From the IMG/VR virus record IMGVR_UViG_3300009593_000022, positions 1-55,113 of that record: a stretch of DNA of 55,113 nucleotides. One strand, 5' to 3'. Below, one piece after another: positions 18,701 to 25,900 of this stretch; position 1 is the stretch's first letter, and each line of letters starts with the position of its first letter. This DNA is from a virus. Lineage: Duplodnaviria > Caudoviricetes. Below the pieces are notes generated by a model that ran no database searches, was not told where the DNA came from, and saw nothing but the letters and a program-made list of their open reading frames with translations. A program made the position numbers and the translations under genes.

Positions 18701-21032
18701 GTCTTGGGGTAAATTCAACCATAACCATAGAGAAGCGGCAGGAGCACGACTCTTCCAGTTTCAAGGTTTGATGCACTTTTTCTTAGGGGGTGGTGCTCAT
18801 TACAGAGATTCTACAAGTAACCACTTATCCTTTATCCCATCTGTACCTGAAGAAATTTCCGAAGGTCGTGGGTCGATGCATACAGCAACTAATGCGACCA
18901 GTACGATAATCAAGACTTTGGGTTCAGACGTAAACAGAATGTTAGAGAATCCATACTCAGGTGCTTGGGGTTCACCAGACCAACGAATTAAGTGGTATCA
19001 GATGACTGTCTCTTACAATGGTGGTCCAGTTGGATATGTTGGAGCTGGAAATACTGGGTTGACAGAGTCAGAGATGTTACAGAACATAAATGACTCTTGG
19101 AAGTTTTACTTCACGAACATGGAGTCTGGTCAAGTCGTAGAAGCTGACTTCCTCTTGACGACTTTCCTCAGAGATGGAATCTTTGGTTTCACAGGCGGTG
19201 ACACGTATCAAGAAACAACTGGCACCAGAAGAAATATGTTTGGTTGGGGTGCTAACCAAGGTGGAGATAATAACTACACATTTAAAGGTAAGTGGGCAGA
19301 AGGTCACTTTATTAACGAGGCTCTTACTCTTGAACAATTGCAGGGTGACCAAGACAGACGAAACGGATGGTGTTTGGACCCAATTGGATTTAAGAAAGTT
19401 AGAGCACTTGCGTCCAACCCAGTCAACGAAACGAATGCTGGATTCTGGTCATTCTCTTATCACGCACAGAAGAACGATAGTTCCACAACTGGAACAGCGA
19501 ACAACCTGAACAACATCTTTGCTGACTCTAAGACAGATTCAGACATTGTTCTTTTCAGGGGCGATGCTCATATTTACGACCATCGTAATATGATAGGTGA
19601 TTGTGCAAGCGAATGGGGTTTCGGATATCCAGACGATAGAGCAGGTGACTTATCCTCTATCTTCATTTCGTCTGTCCTCGTTCAGGAAAGACCAACAACT
19701 TACCAGATAGAAGAACTTGTTGTCGATATCACTTCTGATGTTGACTACAAAGGAGAGCTGGAAATCGTTGAGATACTAAACTTAAACATCAACGATGAAG
19801 ACAGGCCAGTAGACTTTGGTTCGTATTTCGATAACATTGTTACTGAAGCTGACGGATTTAATATTCTGACAGAAGATGACGAACCACTTGTTGGACCTTT
19901 TGGTTTCGACCGCAACTGGTTAGAAGATGTAGTAGCGCTCGAACTCGAAAAGTCCTTGTACATAAACGTTGCTGTACAAAACGCATTTACGAAGTTTGGA
20001 GATAGGGAAATACCAGAAGTACGAGAGTTTATTGACAACTTCCCTGTGACTCCAACTATTTCGAATGAGACACATTTGACAGGGAACCATTGGGTGAACT
20101 CAATACTTGTCTCAAATACTATTAGTATCTTTGGCGGACATACACAGAATGGTTCACCAGAGACATTGTTCAGAGAACCAAACCCACAACCTCTGATAGA
20201 TGGAACGATAACAACTGTCACAGATATTGGTGATGTAAGAACGCAGTATGAAAGTAAGATTCCCGCGTACACATTTGACCAAACTGATACAGAATATTTC
20301 GCTCTTTCCTCAGAGGCGGATGTAGACCTATTTACAGAAGACGATATTGAAATAGAATTCCCGAACACTATTATTACCGAGGGGTCATTGATTATCTCTG
20401 AAGTATACACGAAAGGACTTGCTACCTTTACCGAACTTGAGGACATTATCCTCGGACCTATTGACATGGCTCCACAGGTAACTCCTCTTTTTTCGAATGG
20501 CGGAAGTATAGACCTTACCATTGTACCTCCAGTAGAAGCAGGAAGCTTCCTTGGAGACACATACGAAGTGACGGCCGGACCGACCATCACTATCAACTCC
20601 GACTTTGAAGTTCCAGCGGATTTTGTCAGTACGACAAACGCCGCGAGTACATTCATTCAAGGAGCGACATTAGAACGCCGAACTCTGTCAATAGCTTTCG
20701 GTAGTATGGGTACTAATTCACTGGGGAGACTGGTGATAGCTGACCAAGATGGGGAATACTTAATAACCCAAAATGCTACATCGTTATTAGCTAGACAGTC
20801 TCATACAGAGGAACTACAACAAGTCATCGCAGACGATGATGGAAACCTCCTGAACTTAGATATTGGTGATGATTTAACTGCTGAAGCTATTACTCAGGAA
20901 AACACAAATAGAATATTACTGTCGTACCCCTTTGTCCCAGCTAAAACTGAAATCATACTTGATTCCATTTCTAGCCCAAGGACAATAAACGATATCGTAT
21001 TCGAACCTTTTATTAACTATCGTTACCAGTAA
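9735..21032 (+). CDS. gp7: Baseplate wedge protein gp7-like, greatly extended (3765 aa)
   Basis: FLEEYYKWLE, KGTDLSMEFLFRLIFGEE..IYYPKDFMLRTSDGRW and QDSFFYQDFSYVLRS...YRDVVKKLVHMAG motifs of marine T4-like gp7. Lies between gp6 and gp8, TAATG coupled. Confidence 0.82.
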   Translation: MPGPVGDQRITDLIPDMLPERMRDSEETYKLFLEEYYKWLEYIKIDFIEDISTIFSEGAVLIGETTFARAIVKSIPTPYCAYVEYISTEKFAIGEEVATEQLSWDDLVEEHKDRFDVEFWGLSPGRDYSAQVQTFTYNAAIAASYMMNLQDVDSTDSDIFLQTARDSMLHGWPELASKSYDMPDGAEGSVNERQLAKMIKSYGLQKGTDLSMEFLFRLIFGEEADIYYPKDFMLRTSDGRWSEPNVTFVRNIKPNGFELEDFVGKRIRGQTSGVEAIVVNSYKNSVPGKDVSVLVLETPKDAAKGEQGGGPWTPGNHTANNLFVGETIEVLPATFIEEEDWSTQPDNVLTATIFGGLREVDICSAGSGYAPGDTVTFSDRGGVTATANVRLVSNNYAVDFIRVDSQGTGYQVGDEVVYYPAYSGGQNGKAIVNELVDTYSMIHSNTAIQEYANFTPNSNGVFGSVGDSLNANNGLYYTVHMGTHLDMNADTTGQTLLVFNTAMFDVGDTVEYMNDVGTYDTASITGIRGDHREILELRLDTQPFSLDEDHPLYSTTEIRSTTYTHANGDTLSSNGITHNTANTTIAAMQIGDTMAFQTEVFGGVGKILVESTGIEYYDIPAVTVLGRSNVATDTSACYAEALASDARYSTAVGASTSAYNVVTMAVDENAIVFANGFSDTDPDFPKSRIEVMELFRTEQNGIGEAHKRYVWGNNGGGEVRAELVGVLESESISYFIQEETPDQLETGDSYYMLSEEDPDREDQIMAEGDSVYIKVKFDSEVSDPFYQGQTFQITDNANNAIGSFDASQVYDFMKQGRDATLTVPYLATNSIFDLAVVDPGSDYSNTEKPTGDERSLEVRDERQAYLGYHNLNAILVPVLGGTIKYQGRWLNDKGKLDSSMVVQDSFFYQDFSYVLRSKLEIAAYRDVVKKLVHMAGHQLWGEVMIVTRANAQLYSGGDYGGKYDPNHIHDGSFIPTEALGGPSGSRPYLEVVRYFGYLREFNEDGTGKPDIQFGPLEEGTGYDHPKELIKGQAGAFDVLLHHEPILHDGLFYANGAPINYIYTPGKQYNNQEVFNLVDTMIADDKEGNYFDQILHEHGGQIYYEFDNEVLNNQPTHGEYVDWYQFHLDRQAGRIVWIDDSLQAQRFGLNIDDSWEGAWYRVDPEGNHLLTQDGDSLVGEDSNQDVLFPEVSFNAGTGIIVIEETNSVDITFTDANFPTDIEAGQEVNVQLEYFVPRFEDSGFTVDIKKDFTDYEVEAHVNYDEMVVDVHNPTILTSDHAFKTADVTNPLGDLNDRFNFSNGFIFSQSGLKQISESPIGSEHYVEDSAGNIGLYKNNGDDFSSTPFTVMMEYVSGHRWGTTPTTYDLRKSYYIQEDRISILQQGGRETTYFHYSPSPNVTAGAGSGWTAGWLKEVSSGNIGRYTKFGPTTHGESRFHEGTDFIGNGGASYTYDVFTPNSSLDGQTITISEIGNDYNVSNVTNLPAVYKMEAIDASLGLYKPVHVGGAVIDWGGPADKYIGGPSHNAFQSTIRSSTAQTINVRDKDTNVAITDLVGQDIEVIGIESNTFTQQDTLLGEDTGGTTHMDVFYGHNYGTFTVNGQVHNADVRYRGLGDPIWSTIASQLVPGDMLHVQYVGFAAVLGTGMVLSVDTTNQIIYIKDNSPIYPNGGLMTWNNLDSINKLMYKREQVPTTHISGTATRAVPSVYNFNSHIGSGKYAINYVSGPTIDFGVGNNWSAGYMTEFQVKTTQKLEVQDQDGVAATFANSDITITEALPLVSTPKLDTTSLVVSANSSGRHHYMADIDSTGLSFGDMVWLTGTKPTGESVRLPMKVTGTSSLTLTTDNWTADYTFPGTFTLNDAQVEKYSVSNSTGAFPAIYTFTETSVSGVYDITHKSGAVLDWGGLNDLYEQGMNTPLVVVNATAASSVEDWKKDTLNLTGSIIDSNSAAPIVHFDVNLPQGIYYFTDMVATRPSLVQTFTGGFGQPLYFEQEISSRDATYIRYDFMVPNYFIDGTIQLYALKEIEFNLEVAHLWQSDHLDWDDHMDEQKNVAPAGNRSHFPEAPGTNYLNGGLDEKGRWVPNRYGRNQQNRGAFTQMDIEYLPAVDGSSMTAHFQPPKTQIVHGHEAIEITELVSFPVEMGLDPIEIEHPEMLVNAMMISSDDIEPYYCHRQIEIYGYMNAYAEFIDDLEDHKVEYEITIDVRPTVDILDYEVEISSINEKESNVLVVPFGSNQGRLEDEQSIYDFMNEDTDGYISQEASENYLLDPIEIEYELYVVQQLSAKIADFEMDSHLYTSQLPFDVHREEVHIEFKHYPAVNVLFGNPEEDQIAWRGDDGAGYLCTEDGHHNLVYEGIPRVVLNEPVEKETEHVIRYNSFTPPTPQNLEMEDGTGYMYEDGGYVWSEGEYTPHNPWGFGNNPWRVFTEPGDNPYRDIDLELQAIMTPVIIPDEHSIEFDWREADVIPMGDIVVYNHNRDREDYIDYQLADLIMENEPGHILGEDGVGFCVLSRGNDYFFYIANTDLPNLYHRQIEIELDIQTPVVVAPNPEMIHYFETRLWVLPPEAYIDWSPEGHFGGFPCMVDEDGIYHIVDENYSTGLPPYEIGRICFEPATFPPDDQEWHQIEIELIANTAPVAPPPALPPLLYEIFIGAPTVFNETEIEPYPFINYYQMRIPWVSLGDSGFEFDEGERTILYGTLAGLPEPIELEKQLLYIYNPTIIREDPISDHLLQVNIDASISSTFDPVDNELSPVLDYQNGAVIWRVKSQEELEQSLFHSMNPINILTVLEHINPFPKPIYVGSPLDQTLQVEGQDNQMVLAPAMAPVVKPENDFAEMEYQLSANFVSDERETMADCAWGSTQWDAWLELDGSRDRIQVSGALDSTPDETYGDNGEVQFWRFDGPDNVSIQQKSKELRLAAGSGGHNRYWNHKAMLALWDNPEYWDGSAFQPGSYNYSGASTPSVDGYAHTLSPFTVTTTTSLFDASQWDKYRTFWSWGKFNHNHREAAGARLFQFQGLMHFFLGGGAHYRDSTSNHLSFIPSVPEEISEGRGSMHTATNATSTIIKTLGSDVNRMLENPYSGAWGSPDQRIKWYQMTVSYNGGPVGYVGAGNTGLTESEMLQNINDSWKFYFTNMESGQVVEADFLLTTFLRDGIFGFTGGDTYQETTGTRRNMFGWGANQGGDNNYTFKGKWAEGHFINEALTLEQLQGDQDRRNGWCLDPIGFKKVRALASNPVNETNAGFWSFSYHAQKNDSSTTGTANNLNNIFADSKTDSDIVLFRGDAHIYDHRNMIGDCASEWGFGYPDDRAGDLSSIFISSVLVQERPTTYQIEELVVDITSDVDYKGELEIVEILNLNINDEDRPVDFGSYFDNIVTEADGFNILTEDDEPLVGPFGFDRNWLEDVVALELEKSLYINVAVQNAFTKFGDREIPEVREFIDNFPVTPTISNETHLTGNHWVNSILVSNTISIFGGHTQNGSPETLFREPNPQPLIDGTITTVTDIGDVRTQYESKIPAYTFDQTDTEYFALSSEADVDLFTEDDIEIEFPNTIITEGSLIISEVYTKGLATFTELEDIILGPIDMAPQVTPLFSNGGSIDLTIVPPVEAGSFLGDTYEVTAGPTITINSDFEVPADFVSTTNAASTFIQGATLERRTLSIAFGSMGTNSLGRLVIADQDGEYLITQNATSLLARQSHTEELQQVIADDDGNLLNLDIGDDLTAEAITQENTNRILLSYPFVPAKTEIILDSISSPRTINDIVFEPFINYRYQ

Positions 21033-21038
21033 CCTATC

Positions 21039-21046
21039 ACTAAATA
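21039..21046 (+). promoter_or_regulatory. T4-type (gp55 sigma) late promoter ACTAAATA upstream of gp8
   Basis: TAAATA core in the largest intergenic gap of the module, about 50 nt before the gp8 ATG. RBS AGGAG at 21086-21090. Confidence 0.7.
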
Positions 21047-21096
21047 GGGGAAGTGGCAACATCTACACAAACACATTACAATTTTAGGAGCATAAA

Positions 21097-22917
21097 ATGC
21101 CTGCAATCGTAACTAATAAGTTCCGAGTTCACAACTCTGAACAGTTTCACGAGGCATTCTCTGAAACAGCGTCAACCAACCAATTCATTTTTATTGGTAA
21201 GGTTTCGGAATGGCTGGATGCATCTAGCGTCAATATTGATGCTAACCCACCAACTCCGACTGACACAGTCGAGAATACCGAGTACAACCATTGGGACGAT
21301 ATGATTTTGGCCAAGCGTGTGACAGCTAACGATGTTTCGCACGTTATCAACAGATACAACTGGACCTCTGGAACAGTTTACGACCAGTTTGATAGCCAAG
21401 ATTCAACCCTTTATTCAAAACCATTCTTTGTTGTAACAGAAGACTTCAATGTCTACAAATGTATGTACAACAGTCATGGTGCACAATCAACTGTGATGCC
21501 TTCCAGTATTAATACAAGTGCTGGGGTTTCTGAGACAACTGCTGACGGCTACAAGTGGAAGTATATGTACTCCATTTCCGCAGCTGACGCTCTCAAGTTC
21601 ATCACAACCTCATTCATCCCAGTTAAGCGACTGCGAACCAACGACTTCACCGCTTTAGGTGCAAACGCTGGCGAGATAGCTGACGATGGTTCAAACCAAT
21701 GGGAAATTGAGAACAGCGCTTCAGACGGAGCGATTGACACAGTAGTTCGTAACGCATCTGGAAACGGAGCGGGATATCTCTTCACCGACGCAGAAGTTAC
21801 TACTTCAGCTTTGGGTGGAGCTACACCTGACCTTACTCTGGACTTCACAAACTACGGAGGGTCAAACCCAGCTCAGGATACACTAGCTGGTTCATGGTTA
21901 TACGTTTCTTCCAGTTCATCTGGACAAGGAATGTTGGCCGAAATTTCCGCACACAACGGAACAACTTTTACACTCGACGCTAATACTGGTAACCTTGGTT
22001 CACAGGCCGCTGATGCAAACTATCAGTTCGACCTTACCTTGGCTCTGGCTGGCGGAGATGTCGTAAAGATTGGACCTAAAGTCGTGGTAAACGGAGATGG
22101 TAGCGGGGCGCTCATTTACGGAGTAGGAGCTAACACTTCAGGTGTAACAGATATGTATGTAGCCAATACTGGTTCAGGATATCACGTTGCTAACCTGTCT
22201 GTAACTCAAACCAACGCGACTATCACAACCGCCGCTGACTTCCGTCCTATTGTTTCCCCAGTAGGTGGACATGGATACAACATGGTCGAAGAACTTTTCG
22301 GCTTCAACGTAATGTTGAATGTCCGTCTTGAAGGTTCTGAGTCCAATACTTTCACAGTATCCAACGACTTCCGTAAAATCGGATTGGTTCGTGACCCAGT
22401 TCAGTCTGCAGACGCAACTCAGTTATTCGTATCTGAGCTAGCTGACCAGACAACACGTATTAAGATTGGTTCAACAATCGCTTCTGCAGGAGACTACTAT
22501 GTCGCTGACCAACAAGTCATCGGTTCATTGTCTGGTGCAACAGCTTACGTTGTTGACTACAATAATACGGCTGATGCAAACTCCGCTGGAACACTTGGTT
22601 CAGGTTCAGACCCACAAGTCTACCCAGAACTAAGAGTAACAGAGATTGTTAGAGGTGGAAACGCAACTGCAGGATGGGATTCCATTCCTGGCTCTTTCCA
22701 AATTGGAGAGAGAATCATGCGTGTCACTGCCGCTGACCCTAACGGAGTCGCTACTGACCCAGTCACCGCTGCTAACGATGCTACATCTTCAAGCGTAGTA
22801 TTCGAGAAGCCAGACATGAAGAAATATCGTGGAGATATTCTTTACGTTGAGAACAGGTCTCCTGTTTCTAGAGCTTCCGACCAAGTTGAAGATATTAAAC
22901 TCATCGTTCAGTTCTAA
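21097..22917 (+). CDS. gp8: Baseplate wedge subunit gp8
   Basis: MPAIVTNKFRVHN start, RYNWTSGTVYD, FNVYKC, TADGYKWKYMY, NDFRKIGLVRDP and C-terminal GDILYVENRSPVSRASDQVEDIKLIVQF, typical of marine T4-like gp8. Confidence 0.92.
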   Translation: MPAIVTNKFRVHNSEQFHEAFSETASTNQFIFIGKVSEWLDASSVNIDANPPTPTDTVENTEYNHWDDMILAKRVTANDVSHVINRYNWTSGTVYDQFDSQDSTLYSKPFFVVTEDFNVYKCMYNSHGAQSTVMPSSINTSAGVSETTADGYKWKYMYSISAADALKFITTSFIPVKRLRTNDFTALGANAGEIADDGSNQWEIENSASDGAIDTVVRNASGNGAGYLFTDAEVTTSALGGATPDLTLDFTNYGGSNPAQDTLAGSWLYVSSSSSGQGMLAEISAHNGTTFTLDANTGNLGSQAADANYQFDLTLALAGGDVVKIGPKVVVNGDGSGALIYGVGANTSGVTDMYVANTGSGYHVANLSVTQTNATITTAADFRPIVSPVGGHGYNMVEELFGFNVMLNVRLEGSESNTFTVSNDFRKIGLVRDPVQSADATQLFVSELADQTTRIKIGSTIASAGDYYVADQQVIGSLSGATAYVVDYNNTADANSAGTLGSGSDPQVYPELRVTEIVRGGNATAGWDSIPGSFQIGERIMRVTAADPNGVATDPVTAANDATSSSVVFEKPDMKKYRGDILYVENRSPVSRASDQVEDIKLIVQF

Positions 22918-22924
22918 TTTTACT

Positions 22925-22950
22925 GCCCCGCTTCGGCGGGGCGTATTTTT
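22925..22950 (+). terminator. Rho-independent terminator with cUUCGg tetraloop
   Basis: GCCCCGC-TTCG-GCGGGGC perfect 7-bp stem followed by GTATTTTT, just after the gp8 stop. Confidence 0.9.
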
Positions 22951-22961
22951 AAGGAAGTTGA

Positions 22962-25900
22962 ATGCCAGTCCAATCAGACCAACTATTTACCTCTGACCCA
23001 TATTATGATGATTTCGATGAGAGGATGAATTTTTATCGCATCCTATTTCGACCATCATATGCAGTTCAGGCCAGAGAATTAACACAGATACAAACTCTCT
23101 TACAGGACCAACTCACCAAGACAGCGAATGTCTCATTCAGAGACGGCGACTTGATAGCAGGAGGGGGATTAACAGTTGACACGACTTTAGCGTCTGTCAA
23201 ACTAGAGAATACTTTCGACAACGCCACAGTCAATGCTCAGCATTGGTTGGGGTCGACCATCTATGGTGCCGCTGATGGCGGGACTGGGGTCGCACGAGGA
23301 TATGTTGTCGCTGTGTCTGATAGGGACTCATTCGACCCAAATACACTTATCGTAAGATATGTCACAGATTTAATTTTTGCAGACGGCGTTACTATTTACG
23401 ACGCTGACCGAACATTAGAAGCAACAACAGTTTCCGCGACAGGTGCGTCAAAGACACCAAACGCATCAAACGTCGCCTCAATAGTATCTGTAGACGAGTC
23501 GGTCTACTATGTCTCAGGATTTCTAAACTACGTAGCTCCCCAAACACTTATCCTAGAGAAATACGCTAATACTCCGAGCTACAGTATTGGTTTCAACATT
23601 GACGAAGTCATTGTTGACGAAGCTGACCAAAACTCAAGTCCTGTTTTCACAGCCATACCTATTGGCGAAACACTTCTTGACCCAGCTAACGGGGCATACA
23701 ACTACAACGCTCCAGGCGCGACCAGATACAGACAGATACTTAACATTTCGAAACGCACTTATTCAAATACATCAGTAATCGAGGCAGAAGGTAATACTCG
23801 ATTCGTAGAACTATTCAGAATCAACTCAGGTGAAGTATCATCGAACTATGACTCTATCTATCCTAACGACACTTTTAGAACAAGACCTACTCATAAAAAA
23901 GAGCAAATCAAACCACTTCTTGTATCAACACATCAGAGCAAGGGTGTCCAAGGATTCACAAACACTTCAGTTCAAAGTACGATTTCAGGAAAAGGCACTG
24001 CCTTTCTAACCGACTTCTCCGTAGGCGATAAAATATACCTTGAGAAAGACCAATACTATGGTAACGGAACAGTAACGTTCAATGGCTCAGGATTTATCGC
24101 AGGTTCAAATACAACCTTCAGTAACGACTTCTCTGCGGGGATGTTCATTACTGTAAACGACACAGACTACGAAATTGCAAACGTTCTGTCAAACACATCG
24201 ATGTTTATCATCGGACAGACAGAGAAAAACGTTGTAGATAACCCATACGTAGTCAAGGCGGTAAGACCTTCAGAGGTTCTCGCCGTAGGTTCTGACACAT
24301 CTATGACTGTCAACGCACTTGTCGGTGACGGAACTGACCAAAAGATTATCAATGCTAATACCTTTACTGTACGAGTTGAGGGTGGCGTAACTATGAATGG
24401 TGAAGAGGTCAAGACATACCAGACCTCCCAAGACATCACTATTCGTAAACCGCGCGATACCCAATACATCAACAACGTATCGGTAGGGGTGGGACTACAA
24501 AACTATTTCGTAGTCTCTGGAGAACAAGACGGGCACCCCACATTCCTCCAAGGACCAGGCGCGTTCGACCTTGAAAACCTTGGTGAGGTAGTCCACCTCC
24601 ACAGTTCTCCATACGCCAATACCTCAACTCTCACGCAGATTATGTCAACAGTTGTTGCGACTGCAAGGGTGAGAGACTTCATGCCACTTTTTGTCGATAA
24701 CGTAGACCAAGGAAAGAACGGATATGGTATTGCACTTTGGAATATAGAACCAAGAACAGTAGCAAATACTATCGGTGTAGCAGGAGACACAACAGGTGTC
24801 AATGCTAACGATACTTTCCTTACACTCAACGGACCAACGGCACAGTTAGACGATGCCTACAACGGAGTCACGATTGAGTTTACAAGTGGAAGACTTGAAG
24901 GATTTCAAACAAGAATTAAAGACTATTTTGCGAATAGCTCGCTCATCGTTGACCCTCTACCTAACATGCCTGCTAACAACGATGGGTATCGACTCCTGTT
25001 TCAAACAAAGGATGTCAAGTCTATTTGTGCACAGAATAACTCTACCTTGAGTATTTCAACGAAGTACCAAGTTAGTAACGTATATGGGAAGGTAAGTAAT
25101 ACAATACTTGGAAATACTTATCGTGACAGCGTATTATTTAAACAAAGCCAAACTCCTCAGTTCCTCTATGAAACACCTTATCAACTGAAGTCCTTACGGA
25201 CTGCGGGCGGTACTGTGAAGACCAGTTACAAGTCTAGACGTAGAGAGTTAGTTACGATTGTTCCTCAGGCTGGTACTGCAGGTTCAATGACTGTAGATTC
25301 AGGTATTCAGTTTACCTTCCCATTTTTTGACGGAACGATGTCCGCGAACGACGCTAGATCAAGTTTTCAAGTGTTCGTCGCCGCTACATCGGACAATATT
25401 AACACGCCAGTAGGGAACTCCCTAGCCATCTCAGGACAGTTAGATACTGTTTCACTTGGAGGTGGCGGTGCTGGCGGAGGTGCAGGAAAAGCAACCTCAG
25501 CTACCTTTTTCATTTCCGATAGAGGTGCGGCGACACAAGCTTATGTCGTAGCGACAGTTGAGGCCGCGAATATGACATTTAAGACAAAGACTTTAATAAA
25601 CCAAACAGGATTCATTGTTGAAGAACCTAACACTACACTAGGAAGCCTTGACAGTGTTCAAAAGACAGATGTTTACAGAATCAGAGCAGTTATTGATTCA
25701 CAGGTAGACGTAAATGGAAATAAGAACATTCTGTCTTCTACCGACCTCCAAACCGCTGCTCAGGGGGGAACGTTGTCTGGGGCAAATACTGTTTATGTCA
25801 CAGAAAATTACGAACTTGACACAGGACAACGAGATGACTTCTACGACCACGGAGGAGTTAGGCTCGTGGGTTCACCACCTACTGGACAAATTGGAATCGT

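Noticed and set aside
19745-20656. 303-aa minus-strand ORF
   Set aside because: Antisense shadow of gp7, S/V/I-rich with no motif or RBS. The same applies to the other short antisense ORFs such as 5201-5695.
9735-21032. Intein, intron or homing endonuclease explaining the gp7 length
   Set aside because: No intein splice-junction blocks, LAGLIDADG/HNH motifs or frame interruption recognised.
7475-22917. Bacterial contractile injection system (T6SS, eCIS or tailocin)
   Set aside because: gp6, gp7 and gp8 are of the T4-like phage type, with a T4 late promoter and no host genes in the window.
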